A stretch of 64,000 bases of DNA, taken from assembly GCA_000002435.2 (NCBI GenBank), contig CM018792.1. One strand, written 5' to 3'. This stretch comes from Giardia intestinalis. Lineage: Eukaryota. The notes under the pieces are model-generated. The model had not been told where the DNA came from, did no database searches, and saw nothing but the letters and a program-made list of their open reading frames with translations. Shown here one piece after another: positions 32,240 to 42,074 of the stretch (the stretch's first letter is position 1; every line of letters starts with the position of its first letter). Both the position numbers and the translations under genes were made by a program.

Positions 32240-34102
32240 TCACGCCTTCCCCCTGCAGATGAACCACCAGCAGAGGAACCCTATGAGACCCCCCACGACG
32301 ACGACCACAGCGACGGAGATCCCCGCGATGGCCCCCGTGGAGAGCCCGCCCCTGTTGGCGCCAGAGGACACACACTTACCACCCTCTAGACTGTATCCAT
32401 CAACACACTCCCCACATATATTATCCATCACACAGCTCTTGCAGTTGGTGTCAGAGCATGTCACACACCCAGTGCCATCCTTGTTGGGCACCTTACTATT
32501 GTCACAGGAGGTACACACAGCAGCAGTCATGCCAGCTGTTGTTAGAGCTGTTGGTGCTGTACACCGGGAGCAGCCATATACTCCTACATATGCCTTAGCG
32601 GTACTATCAGTGCCTACTAGTGTGCCTAGGGGGTTACTACAAGCCAACACAGACTGATCAGTGTTGGATGCACCAGGCACTACGAAGTACCTATTGTTGG
32701 CTGCTTCTGTGCAGATCCCAGTATTACCTGCTGTCTTGCACATGAAGCTACCAGGAGCCTTCTGAGTGCTATAACAGCCACCCATGTATAGGAAGTAGTT
32801 GTTGGTGCACTGTGTACATACACCATTAGCACAAGTATTCCCAGCCTTTTGAGCCTCACTAGCACAGAGACCATCTATAGGAGCTTGTGAACTATCTCCA
32901 CAATAGGAACAGTAGTGCTTTGTGGTGCCCTGATCATCTATTACGATGGCATCACAAGAGCCAGCTGTCCCCCCACAAGCCGTGGGGTCCTCGCAGGTCT
33001 TCTCTGTGCATGTATAGTTGTCTGAGGTTCCAGCGGGCTTCCTGTTAGGCTTGCACTTTGTGCACTTGAGAGGTCCTGTAGACTCCTTTGTGCACTCGGC
33101 ACACCCATCGATGCCCCCCTGTGCATTATCACAAGCAACGCACTCACCAGTAGGACCATTGCCTTTCATGAAGAACCCAGGCTTGCATGTATCACACTTA
33201 TCATTGCCAGTTTGAGTGCAGGTGGCACAGTTAGCACCTGGACAAGCGGTGCATGTAACCGTACCACTACCACTACTGTAGTATCCATCGAGGCACTCCG
33301 AGCAGGTCGGCGGTGTCGCCGAGTCCTTGGTACACTTCTTACACCCGGCAATGCCCTGGTAATTTGGATCGGCTCCAGCTGAAACGGTACTGCATAAAAC
33401 ACATGTTTTGTCCTCCTTCATAAATAGGGCCTCGTCAGCGCCTTTACATCCAGCGTAGTCTTTTGTCACGCACGTCGAGGTCCCATCAAGGGCCGTCCTG
33501 GGGATCTTACTGTTATCACAAGCTGTGCACTTCGGCTTCTTGGTAGTCGAATCAACCTCACACTGGGTACATGCTTGATCTATCGTGTTGCAAGGAAGGC
33601 ACTTCCCCGACTCCGGGTCAGCATAAGTGTTTCCAGTGCATCCATTATTATTCACGCATGACTTGTCAGTCTTCAGGTACTTCCCCTCTGGACACGATGT
33701 GCAATGATTCGGACCACTTCCATCGCAGGTCAGACAGGACTGATCACACTTCTCACATGCATCACCCTTCTTAATGTATCCATCTTGGCAGACAGTGCAT
33801 GTGGCCGGTCCGCTAGTGCCCGTGTGGGAGCATTCTGAGCATCCAGCGACTCCCATGACCCCGTTTCTATCTATAGTATCGGAGCACAAGATGCACTCAC
33901 TACCCTTCTCTGATGGTGTAACTGGGTTCTTGAACAGGCCGTTAGCTGTATTACAAGCAGTGCACAGTCCTCCCTCAGCCTTTGTGCATATCTCACTGCC
34001 AGGGTGTGCATCCTTGTTGTAGCACCCGCCCATGAAGAGGAGTCTCATACTATCACTATCACCCCCACACCACATAGCACTATCACTATCACTGTACAGC
34101 AT
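32240..34102 (-). CDS. VSP unit 5 (N-module A, middle X, C-terminal type 2, ending FICRGKA); no signal peptide
   Basis: 620-aa intact ORF. The C-terminal module MTAAVCTSCDNSKVPNKDGTGCVTCSDTNCKSCVMDNICGECVDGYSLEGGKCVSSGANRGG... is shared with unit 4 and resembles the head gene. Confidence 0.8.
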   Translation of the reverse strand: MLYSDSDSAMWCGGDSDSMRLLFMGGCYNKDAHPGSEICTKAEGGLCTACNTANGLFKNPVTPSEKGSECILCSDTIDRNGVMGVAGCSECSHTGTSGPATCTVCQDGYIKKGDACEKCDQSCLTCDGSGPNHCTSCPEGKYLKTDKSCVNNNGCTGNTYADPESGKCLPCNTIDQACTQCEVDSTTKKPKCTACDNSKIPRTALDGTSTCVTKDYAGCKGADEALFMKEDKTCVLCSTVSAGADPNYQGIAGCKKCTKDSATPPTCSECLDGYYSSGSGTVTCTACPGANCATCTQTGNDKCDTCKPGFFMKGNGPTGECVACDNAQGGIDGCAECTKESTGPLKCTKCKPNRKPAGTSDNYTCTEKTCEDPTACGGTAGSCDAIVIDDQGTTKHYCSYCGDSSQAPIDGLCASEAQKAGNTCANGVCTQCTNNYFLYMGGCYSTQKAPGSFMCKTAGNTGICTEAANNRYFVVPGASNTDQSVLACSNPLGTLVGTDSTAKAYVGVYGCSRCTAPTALTTAGMTAAVCTSCDNSKVPNKDGTGCVTCSDTNCKSCVMDNICGECVDGYSLEGGKCVSSGANRGGLSTGAIAGISVAVVVVVGGLIGFLCWWFICRGKA

Positions 34103-34114
34103 TCACTACCTAAG

Positions 34115-36016
34115 TCACGCCTTCCCCCTGCACAGGAACCACCAGCAGAGGAAGCCCACGAGGCCCCCCACGACAGCGACCACGGCGACGGCAATGCCCG
34201 CGATGGCCCCCGTGCGGAGGCCGCTCCTATTACTGCCAGAGGACACACAGGAGGCCCCAGCATCATCAGGGCTGTACCCATCGTTGCACACACAGACAGA
34301 GTTATCATCAGTGGAGTTGCTGGGACAGCCATCCACGCATGACTTCCTCCCAGGGCTCACCTTCCCACTACTACATGCCTCGCACATGTCATCCCTGTTG
34401 GGCTTCTTACTACTGTCACAGGAGGTACAGACAGCGGGGGCCATACCACCATCAGACAGAGCTGCTGGGGCTGTACACTGGGAGCAGCCCTCTACCCCCA
34501 CATATGCCTTAGCAGTATTACCAGTGCCTGTCAGTGTGCCAAGGGGGTTACTACAAGCCAACACAGACTGATCAGTGTTGGATGCACCAGGCACTACGAA
34601 GTACCTATTGTTGGCTGCTTCTGTGCAGATCCCAGTATTACCTGCTGTCTTGCACATGAAGCTACCAGGAGCCTTCTGAGTGCTATAACAGCCACCCATG
34701 TATAGGAAGTAGTTGTTGGTGCACTGTGTACATACACCATTAGCACAAGTATTCCCAGCCTTTTGAGCCTCACTAGCACAGAGACCATCTATAGGAGCTT
34801 GTGAACTATCTCCACAATAGGAACAGTAGTGCTTTGTGGTGCCCTGATCATCTATTACGATGGCATCACAAGAGCCAGCTGTCCCCCCACAAGCCGTGGG
34901 GTCCTCGCAGGTCTTCTCTGTGCATGTATAGTTGTCTGAGGTTCCAGCGGGCTTCCTGTTAGGCTTGCACTTTGTGCACTTGAGAGGTCCTGTAGACTCC
35001 TTTGTGCACTCGGCACACCCATCGATGCCCCCCTGTGCATTATCACAAGCAACGCACTCACCAGTAGGACCATTGCCTTTCATGAAGAACCCAGGCTTGC
35101 ATGTATCACACTTATCATTGCCAGTTTGAGTGCAGGTGGCACAGTTAGCACCTGGACAAGCGGTGCATGTAACCGTACCACTACCACTACTGTAGTATCC
35201 ATCGAGGCACTCCGAGCAGGTCGGCGGTGTCGCCGAGTCCTTGGTACACTTCTTACACCCGGCAATGCCCTGGTAATTTGGATCGGCTCCAGCTGAAACG
35301 GTACTGCATAAAACACATGTTTTGTCCTCCTTCATAAATAGGGCCTCGTCAGCGCCTTTACATCCAGCGTAGTCTTTTGTCACGCACGTCGAGGTCCCAT
35401 CAAGGGCCGTCCTGGGGATCTTACTGTTATCACAAGCTGTGCACTTCGGCTTCTTGGTAGTCGAATCAACCTCACACTGGGTACATGCTTGATCTATCGT
35501 GTTGCAAGGAAGGCACTTCCCCGACTCCGGGTCAGCATAAGTGTTTCCAGTGCATCCATTATTATTCACGCATGACTTGTCAGTCTTCAGGTACTTCCCC
35601 TCTGGACACGATGTGCAATGATTCGGACCACTTCCATCGCAGGTCAGACAGGACTGATCACACTTCTCACATGCATCACCCTTCTTAATGTATCCATCTT
35701 GGCAGACAGTGCATGTGGCCGGTCCGCTAGTGCCCGTGTGGGAGCATTCTGAGCATCCAGCGACTCCCATGACCCCGTTTCTATCTATAGTATCGGAGCA
35801 CAAGATGCACTCACTACCCTTCTCTGATGGTGTAACTGGGTTCTTGAACAGGCCGTTAGCTGTATTACAAGCAGTGCACAGTCCTCCCTCAGCCTTTGTG
35901 CATATCTCACTGCCAGGGTGTGCATCCTTGTTGTAGCACCCGCCCATGAAGAGGAGTCTCATACTATCACTATCACCCCCACACCACATAGCACTATCAC
36001 TATCACTGTACAGCAT
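34115..36016 (-). CDS. VSP unit 6 (N-module A, middle X, C-terminal type 1); ATG start but no signal peptide
   Basis: 633-aa intact ORF. N-terminal 190 aa identical to units 1, 2 and 5; middle identical to units 0, 3, 4, 5 and 7. Confidence 0.8.
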   Translation of the reverse strand: MLYSDSDSAMWCGGDSDSMRLLFMGGCYNKDAHPGSEICTKAEGGLCTACNTANGLFKNPVTPSEKGSECILCSDTIDRNGVMGVAGCSECSHTGTSGPATCTVCQDGYIKKGDACEKCDQSCLTCDGSGPNHCTSCPEGKYLKTDKSCVNNNGCTGNTYADPESGKCLPCNTIDQACTQCEVDSTTKKPKCTACDNSKIPRTALDGTSTCVTKDYAGCKGADEALFMKEDKTCVLCSTVSAGADPNYQGIAGCKKCTKDSATPPTCSECLDGYYSSGSGTVTCTACPGANCATCTQTGNDKCDTCKPGFFMKGNGPTGECVACDNAQGGIDGCAECTKESTGPLKCTKCKPNRKPAGTSDNYTCTEKTCEDPTACGGTAGSCDAIVIDDQGTTKHYCSYCGDSSQAPIDGLCASEAQKAGNTCANGVCTQCTNNYFLYMGGCYSTQKAPGSFMCKTAGNTGICTEAANNRYFVVPGASNTDQSVLACSNPLGTLTGTGNTAKAYVGVEGCSQCTAPAALSDGGMAPAVCTSCDSSKKPNRDDMCEACSSGKVSPGRKSCVDGCPSNSTDDNSVCVCNDGYSPDDAGASCVSSGSNRSGLRTGAIAGIAVAVVAVVGGLVGFLCWWFLCRGKA

Positions 36017-36028
36017 TCACTACCTAAG

Positions 36029-37933
36029 TCACGCCTTCCCCCTGCACAGGAACCACCAGCAGAGGAAGCCCACGAGGCCCCCCACGACAGCGACCACGGC
36101 GACGGCAATGCCCGCGATGGCCCCCGTGCTGAGGCCGCTCCTATTACTGCCAGAGGACACACAGGAGGCCCCAGCATCATCAGGGCTGTACCCATCGTTG
36201 CACACACAGACAGAGTTATCATCAGTGGAGTTGCTGGGACAGCCATCCACGCATGACTTCCTCCCAGGGCTCACCTTCCCACTACTACATGCCTCGCACA
36301 TGTCATCCCTGTTGGGCTTCTTACTACTGTCACAGGAGGTACAGACAGCGGGGGCCATACCACCATCAGACAGAGCTGCTGGGGCTGTACACTGGGAGCA
36401 GCCCTCTACCCCCACATATGCCTTAGCAGTATTACCAGTGCCTGTCAGTGTGCCAAGGGGGTTACTACAAGCCAACACAGACTGATCAGTGTTGGATGCA
36501 CCAGGCACTACGAAGTACCTATTGTTGGCTGCTTCTGTGCAGATCCCAGTATTACCTGCTGTCTTGCACATGAAGCTACCAGGAGCCTTCTGAGTGCTAT
36601 AACAGCCACCCATGTATAGGAAGTAGTTGTTGGTGCACTGTGTACATACACCATTAGCACAAGTATTCCCAGCCTTTTGAGCCTCACTAGCACAGAGACC
36701 ATCTATAGGAGCTTGTGAACTATCTCCACAATAGGAACAGTAGTGCTTTGTGGTGCCCTGATCATCTATTACGATGGCATCACAAGAGCCAGCTGTCCCC
36801 CCACAAGCCGTGGGGTCCTCGCAGGTCTTCTCTGTGCATGTATAGTTGTCTGAGGTTCCAGCGGGCTTCCTGTTAGGCTTGCACTTTGTGCACTTGAGAG
36901 GTCCTGTAGACTCCTTTGTGCACTCGGCACACCCATCGATGCCCCCCTGTGCATTATCACAAGCAACGCACTCACCAGTAGGACCATTGCCTTTCATGAA
37001 GAACCCAGGCTTGCATGTATCACACTTATCATTGCCAGTTTGAGTGCAGGTGGCACAGTTAGCACCTGGACAAGCGGTGCATGTAACCGTACCACTACCA
37101 CTACTGTAGTATCCATCGAGGCACTCCGAGCAGGTCGGCGGTGTCGCCGAGTCCTTGGTACACTTCTTACACCCGGCAATGCCCTGGTCATTTGGATCGG
37201 CTCCAGCTGAAACGGTACTGCATAAAACACATGTTTTGTCCTCCTTCATAAATAGGGCCTCGTCAGCGCCTTTACATCCAGCGTAGTCTTTTGTCACGCA
37301 CGTCGAGGTCCCATCAAGGGCCGTCCTGGGGATCTTACTGTTATCACAAGCTGTGCACTTCGGCTTCTTGGTAGTCGAATCAACCTCACACTGGGTACAT
37401 GCTTGATCTATCGTGTTGCAAGGAAGGCACTTCCCCGACTCCGGGTCAGCATAAGTGTTTCCAGTGCATCCATTATTATTCACGCATGACTTGTCAGTCT
37501 TCAGGTACTTCCCCTCTGGGCACGATGTACAATGATTCTGACCACTTCCATCGCAGGTCAGACAGGACGGATCACACTGCTTGCATTCGTTATTCTCTTT
37601 ATAGTACCCTGCTTGGCACTCAGTGCACGTGGCAGGTCCTGGACTATTAGTTGGTTCCGTGCACTTGAGGCAGTTAGCCACCCCCGTATATCCATCTGCT
37701 CCCTTGGTATCCCAGCAGAGGATGCACTCCCTTCCCTTCTCTGATGGTGTAGCAGGGTTCTTGAACAGGCCGTTAGCTGTATTACACTCAGTGCACACTC
37801 CATTACTGGCTGCTGTGCATATCTCACTGCCAGGGTGTGCATCCTTGTTGTAGCACCCGCCCATGAAGAGGAGTCTCATACTATCACTATCACCCCCACA
37901 CCACATAGCACTATCACTATCACTGTACAGCAT
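36029..37933 (-). CDS. VSP unit 7 (N-module A', middle X, C-terminal type 1); ATG start but no signal peptide
   Basis: MLYSDSDSAMWCGGDSDSMRLLFMGGCYNKDAHPGSEICTAASNGVCTEC... ; ends FLCRGKA; intact 634-aa ORF. Confidence 0.8.
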   Translation of the reverse strand: MLYSDSDSAMWCGGDSDSMRLLFMGGCYNKDAHPGSEICTAASNGVCTECNTANGLFKNPATPSEKGRECILCWDTKGADGYTGVANCLKCTEPTNSPGPATCTECQAGYYKENNECKQCDPSCLTCDGSGQNHCTSCPEGKYLKTDKSCVNNNGCTGNTYADPESGKCLPCNTIDQACTQCEVDSTTKKPKCTACDNSKIPRTALDGTSTCVTKDYAGCKGADEALFMKEDKTCVLCSTVSAGADPNDQGIAGCKKCTKDSATPPTCSECLDGYYSSGSGTVTCTACPGANCATCTQTGNDKCDTCKPGFFMKGNGPTGECVACDNAQGGIDGCAECTKESTGPLKCTKCKPNRKPAGTSDNYTCTEKTCEDPTACGGTAGSCDAIVIDDQGTTKHYCSYCGDSSQAPIDGLCASEAQKAGNTCANGVCTQCTNNYFLYMGGCYSTQKAPGSFMCKTAGNTGICTEAANNRYFVVPGASNTDQSVLACSNPLGTLTGTGNTAKAYVGVEGCSQCTAPAALSDGGMAPAVCTSCDSSKKPNRDDMCEACSSGKVSPGRKSCVDGCPSNSTDDNSVCVCNDGYSPDDAGASCVSSGSNRSGLSTGAIAGIAVAVVAVVGGLVGFLCWWFLCRGKA

Positions 37934-37945
37934 TCACTACCTAAG

Positions 37946-39700
37946 TCACGCCTTCCCCCTGCACAGGAACCACCAGCAGAGGAAGCCCACGAGGCCCCCC
38001 ACGACAGCGACCACGGCGACGGCAATGCCCGCGATGGCCCCCGTGCGGAGGCCGCTCCTATTACTGCCAGAGGACACACAGGAGGCCCCAGCATCATCAG
38101 GGCTGTACCCATCGTTGCACACACAGACAGAGTTATCATCAGTGGAGTTGCTGGGACAGCCATCCACGCATGACTTCCTCCCAGGGCTCACCTTCCCACT
38201 ACTACATGCCTCGCACATGTCATCCCTGTTGGGCTTCTTACTACTGTCACAGGAGGTACAGACAGCGGGGGCCATACCACCATCAGACAGAGCTGCTGGG
38301 GCTGTACACTGGGAGCAGCCCTCTACCCCGACGTATGCCTTAGTATCTACTAGTGTGCCTAATGGGTTGCCACAGGCCAGGACAGACTGATCAGTGTTGG
38401 ATGCACCAGGGACTACGAAGTACTTATTATTCTCATTGGCAGCTGTACACTTACCATCGGCTGCTGTCTTGCACATGAGGCTTCCTGGTTCTGTATCATA
38501 CTTATAACACCCACCCATGTACAAGAAGTAGTTGTTAGTGCATTGTGTACATACACCTTGATCACATTGATTATTTGCTTTAGCACTATTACACTTCCCA
38601 TCTATAGGATACGTATTAGCTTCTCCACAGTATGAGCAATAATGATGCTCTACACCCTTATCATCAATCACTATTGCATCGCAGGCACCAGAGGTACCAC
38701 CACAAGCAGTGTCATCCTCACAGGTCTTCACACATGTATAGTCATCCCCCGCATCTCCATTGGATTGCTTCCTGTAGTTAGGCTTACATTCAGTGCATTT
38801 GAATCCACCAGTGTTAGAGCATGCACTGCACCCTTCGCGGCCCTTATTGTCCACACTGTCGCATGAGACACACTCACCAGGGGCGCCACTCTTCAGGAAG
38901 AACCCGGGCTTGCAGGTTTGGCACTGGTTAGCATTAGCGCTGTTGCAGGTGGCACAGTTGGTCCCACAGGGCTTGCAGGTGGTATCAAAGTAGAATCCAG
39001 GGAGGCATTCTGAGCAGATTGGAGGCTGTGCCAGGTCGGTTTTCTTACACCCACTGCACTCAGCAATTCCCTTGTTGGGGGCGGTTCCTCCGGTAGCGCT
39101 GCATAGTATGCAACTGTTCTCATCCTGGCTTAGGAAGTGTGTTCCCACTGTGTTTAGCGCTGCACATCCCGCCTTATCCACGCACTCTGTTGATCCATCG
39201 ACATACCCTTTAAGGAGAGGCTTGGCTCCCCCACAGGCGGTGCACTTCGGCTTCTGTAGCTTTGCATCGTACGTGCAAGCAGTGCACTCTGGTATGCCCC
39301 CCTGATCTGCTCCAGCGTTACAAGCTATGCACTTGCCGGTGCTTGGGTCGGGGTACTTATCTCCATTACAACTGCTAGCATCTACACAATTATTCCCATC
39401 GAGATACTTCTCGCCCGCACAGAGGGTGCACTTAGTTGCGCCCTCACCGCTGCAAGTCAGACAAGCTTCATTACATTTGACACATGCACCGTTACCATCT
39501 TTATAGTACCCTGCTTGACACTCTGTACACGTGGCAGGTCCTGCATTCCCCGGTGCTGTACACTTGAGGCAGTTGGCCACTCCTTTGTTCTCATTCGCTC
39601 CCGTGGCATCATGACAGAGGATGCACTCCCCACCAGGGGTCACCTTCTCTGCCTTGTTCTGGAATATGTACTGACTATCTGTATTACACTCAGTGCACAC
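37946..39700 (-). CDS. VSP unit 8 (N-module type C, middle Y, C-terminal type 1). 5'-truncated: no signal peptide; the ORF opens with GTG, and the unit's junction ATG is closed after 5 codons (MLYNV*)
   Basis: Begins (V)CTECNTDSQYIFQNKAEK... immediately after the junction repeat. Ends FLCWWFLCRGKA. Confidence 0.75.
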   Translation of the reverse strand: MCTECNTDSQYIFQNKAEKVTPGGECILCHDATGANENKGVANCLKCTAPGNAGPATCTECQAGYYKDGNGACVKCNEACLTCSGEGATKCTLCAGEKYLDGNNCVDASSCNGDKYPDPSTGKCIACNAGADQGGIPECTACTYDAKLQKPKCTACGGAKPLLKGYVDGSTECVDKAGCAALNTVGTHFLSQDENSCILCSATGGTAPNKGIAECSGCKKTDLAQPPICSECLPGFYFDTTCKPCGTNCATCNSANANQCQTCKPGFFLKSGAPGECVSCDSVDNKGREGCSACSNTGGFKCTECKPNYRKQSNGDAGDDYTCVKTCEDDTACGGTSGACDAIVIDDKGVEHHYCSYCGEANTYPIDGKCNSAKANNQCDQGVCTQCTNNYFLYMGGCYKYDTEPGSLMCKTAADGKCTAANENNKYFVVPGASNTDQSVLACGNPLGTLVDTKAYVGVEGCSQCTAPAALSDGGMAPAVCTSCDSSKKPNRDDMCEACSSGKVSPGRKSCVDGCPSNSTDDNSVCVCNDGYSPDDAGASCVSSGSNRSGLRTGAIAGIAVAVVAVVGGLVGFLCWWFLCRGKA

Positions 39701-39776
39701 TCCACTACTGGCCTGTGTGCATATCTCACTCCACTATCACCCATTATCACACATTGTACAGCATTCACTACCTAAG

Positions 39777-42074
39777 TCACGCCTTCCCCCTGCAGATGAA
39801 CCACCAGCAGAGGAACCCTATGAGACCCCCCACGACGACGACCACAGCGACGGAGATCCCCGCGATGGCCCCCGTGGAGAGCCCGCCCCTGTTGGCGCCA
39901 GAGGACACACACATGCCATCCCTCGGGACATAGCCCTCCTCGCACTCCCCGCAGACGCCCTCTGCGCTGCACCGCATGCACCTCTCTATGTCACAGACAA
40001 TGCACTGGGTGCCGTCCAGGCTGGGTCTCTGGTCTTTATTGGTACATGCCTCACACTTGTTGTCTGCGCTGCAGTGAGAGCAGCCCTGGGCCGGACACAC
40101 ATAGCAGGTGCTTCCAGCCATGTTGGGCTTCTTATTGTCCTCAGCACACACCTCGCACATCCCGTCGATGGCGCAGCTCTTGCACCCGCCGACCGCACAC
40201 AGGGTGCACCCGCTGCCATCCTTGTTGGGCTTCTTCGTCTTGTCGCACGCACTACAGACCGCCGCGGCCATCGCATTGGCGGCTGGCGCCTGCGGGGCCG
40301 CGCACGCCGTGCAGTCTAGCACGCCGACGTACGCCTTGTCGCCCGCGGTCGCTCCCACAGGGTTGCCACAGGCAAGCACGGACTGCTGAGCAGCAGAGTC
40401 CCCGGGAATCTTGAAGTAGCGCCCGACCGGTGTGGTGCAGAACCCACTTGGAGCCGCAGAGCACATGAGGTTGCCAGGAGCCTTCGACACATCATAGCAA
40501 CCACCCATATAGAGGAAGTAGTTGTTGGTGCACCGCGTACATACGCCATCGGCGCAGGTATTACCTGCAAGTGCATTGGTGCACTTCCCATTAATAGGGC
40601 CATAGCCGGCGCCAACACACTTTGAACAGTAAGAGAGCATGCTGCCGTCGTTGCCGACCACGATGGCGTCGCAGGCCCCTGCTGTCCCTCCACATGCAGT
40701 CTCATCTTCACAGGTCTTTGTACATGTGAGGTCGCTAGGTTCTCCGCTGGGTCTGTAGTTGGGCTTACATTCAGTGCATTTGAGGGACCCCACGCCGCCT
40801 GTGCACTCGACACAGCCTGGAATCCCACTTGTCTCGTCATCACAGAGAACGCATGTCTTAGGCGGGCCATCCTTAAGGAAGTACCCCGGCATGCATCTTG
40901 TACATGTGTTGATTTGACCCGCTGTTCCGCACTCTGCGCAGTTTCCTGTGCAGGCCTCGCAGGCGTTTCCGTTGACTTTATACCCGTCGACACAAGCCTC
41001 GCAGGTGCCTTTTGCGGTGCACAGCTTGCAGTTCTGGACTCCGCCCTTACCATTGTCGCCGCACTGCACGCACTTCGAGGCGTCGTAGAAGTGCGTCTTG
41101 CCCACTTTGCACTCGGCCTCATCAACACAGGTCGTTGTCCCATCCAGCTCGTCTCTGACCGTCTTACTACCGCAGTCGGTGCACTTCGGCTTTCCCGTGG
41201 CGTCGTCGTATGCACACGCGGTGCATCCTTGTATCTCACTGCAGGCCTTACAGGTCCAGGTCTTCTTGTCCGCATAGTTACCATTGTCACATCCACCAGC
41301 ATCTACACAAGTGTTACCACCCTTCAAGTACTTCCCCTCAACGCAGGCGGTACACTGAGTCGGAGTATCAGCTGAGCAAGCAGAGCAGCCGTCTCCGCAC
41401 TTCACACATGCACTGCCCTTCGTAACGAACCCTGCTTGACACTCTGTACACGTGGCCGGTCCGCTAGTGCCCGTGTGGGAGCATTCTGAGCATCCAGCGA
41501 CTCCCATGACCCCGTTTCTATCTATAGTATCGGAGCACAAGATGCACTCGCTACCCTTCTCTGATGGTGTAACTGGGTTCTTGAACAGGCCGTTAGCTGT
41601 CTTACACTCAGTGCACAGTCCTCCCTCAGCCTTTGTGCATATCTCGCTGCCGGGCCCGTCGGTTGTCTTGTAGCACCCGCCCATGAAGAGGAAGTACCCG
41701 TCGCCGCACTTTCCGCAGGTGGTTGCCGTCTTGTCGAGGGCAGTCCCGTCTGCTTGGGTGCACCCGGCTGCCGCGGCCTGGGGGGAGCCGGGGGGCCAGC
41801 AGAAGCCGTCGACTGGGACGCCCCCGGTCTTGCACTCGGTGCAGATCTCTGTGCTACCGACCGTCTCGCACTTATCGGTCTGGCAGGTCGCTGTATGGTT
41901 CCCGTCTTGCTGGCAGGTCACTGCAAGCGCGCTCACCACGAACAGGGGTATCAGTAGAAAGGCTGTGGTGTGGACCGGATTGCGTGCAGCGGGTGGGGGT
42001 GCCCCGGCGGCCTCCTCTCTGAGACTCCCACTCCGAGGGTTGCCCCAGGGGGGAGCCCGCTGGCCTGGTCGCAC
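39777..42074 (-). CDS. VSP (variant-specific surface protein), head gene of the array: signal peptide, about 700-aa CXXC-rich ectodomain, TM and CRGKA. No in-frame ATG was found upstream of the signal peptide, and the ORF-track start is GTG
   Basis: TAFLLIPLFVVSALAVTC signal-like segment; GGCY motifs (FLFMGGCYKTTDGPG, FLYMGGCYDVSKAPG); about 35 CXXC motifs; C-terminus GAIAGISVAVVVVVGGLIGFLCWWFICRGKA. The unique N-terminal ~130 aa and the long C-terminal CXXC module are not shared with the downstream units. Confidence 0.8.
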   Translation of the reverse strand: MRPGQRAPPWGNPRSGSLREEAAGAPPPAARNPVHTTAFLLIPLFVVSALAVTCQQDGNHTATCQTDKCETVGSTEICTECKTGGVPVDGFCWPPGSPQAAAAGCTQADGTALDKTATTCGKCGDGYFLFMGGCYKTTDGPGSEICTKAEGGLCTECKTANGLFKNPVTPSEKGSECILCSDTIDRNGVMGVAGCSECSHTGTSGPATCTECQAGFVTKGSACVKCGDGCSACSADTPTQCTACVEGKYLKGGNTCVDAGGCDNGNYADKKTWTCKACSEIQGCTACAYDDATGKPKCTDCGSKTVRDELDGTTTCVDEAECKVGKTHFYDASKCVQCGDNGKGGVQNCKLCTAKGTCEACVDGYKVNGNACEACTGNCAECGTAGQINTCTRCMPGYFLKDGPPKTCVLCDDETSGIPGCVECTGGVGSLKCTECKPNYRPSGEPSDLTCTKTCEDETACGGTAGACDAIVVGNDGSMLSYCSKCVGAGYGPINGKCTNALAGNTCADGVCTRCTNNYFLYMGGCYDVSKAPGNLMCSAAPSGFCTTPVGRYFKIPGDSAAQQSVLACGNPVGATAGDKAYVGVLDCTACAAPQAPAANAMAAAVCSACDKTKKPNKDGSGCTLCAVGGCKSCAIDGMCEVCAEDNKKPNMAGSTCYVCPAQGCSHCSADNKCEACTNKDQRPSLDGTQCIVCDIERCMRCSAEGVCGECEEGYVPRDGMCVSSGANRGGLSTGAIAGISVAVVVVVGGLIGFLCWWFICRGKA

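Larger units (their letters stand above)
22832..42074 (-). repeat. Head-to-tail tandem array of VSP-family units: one head gene plus nine 5'-truncated units of about 1.86-1.92 kb, separated by 12-nt spacers
   Basis: Each unit ends ...GGL(V/I)GFLCWWF(L/V/I)CRGKA-stop. The next unit's ATG follows 12 nt later (TGA cttaggtagtga ATG). Long stretches are identical at nucleotide level between units. Confidence 0.9.
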
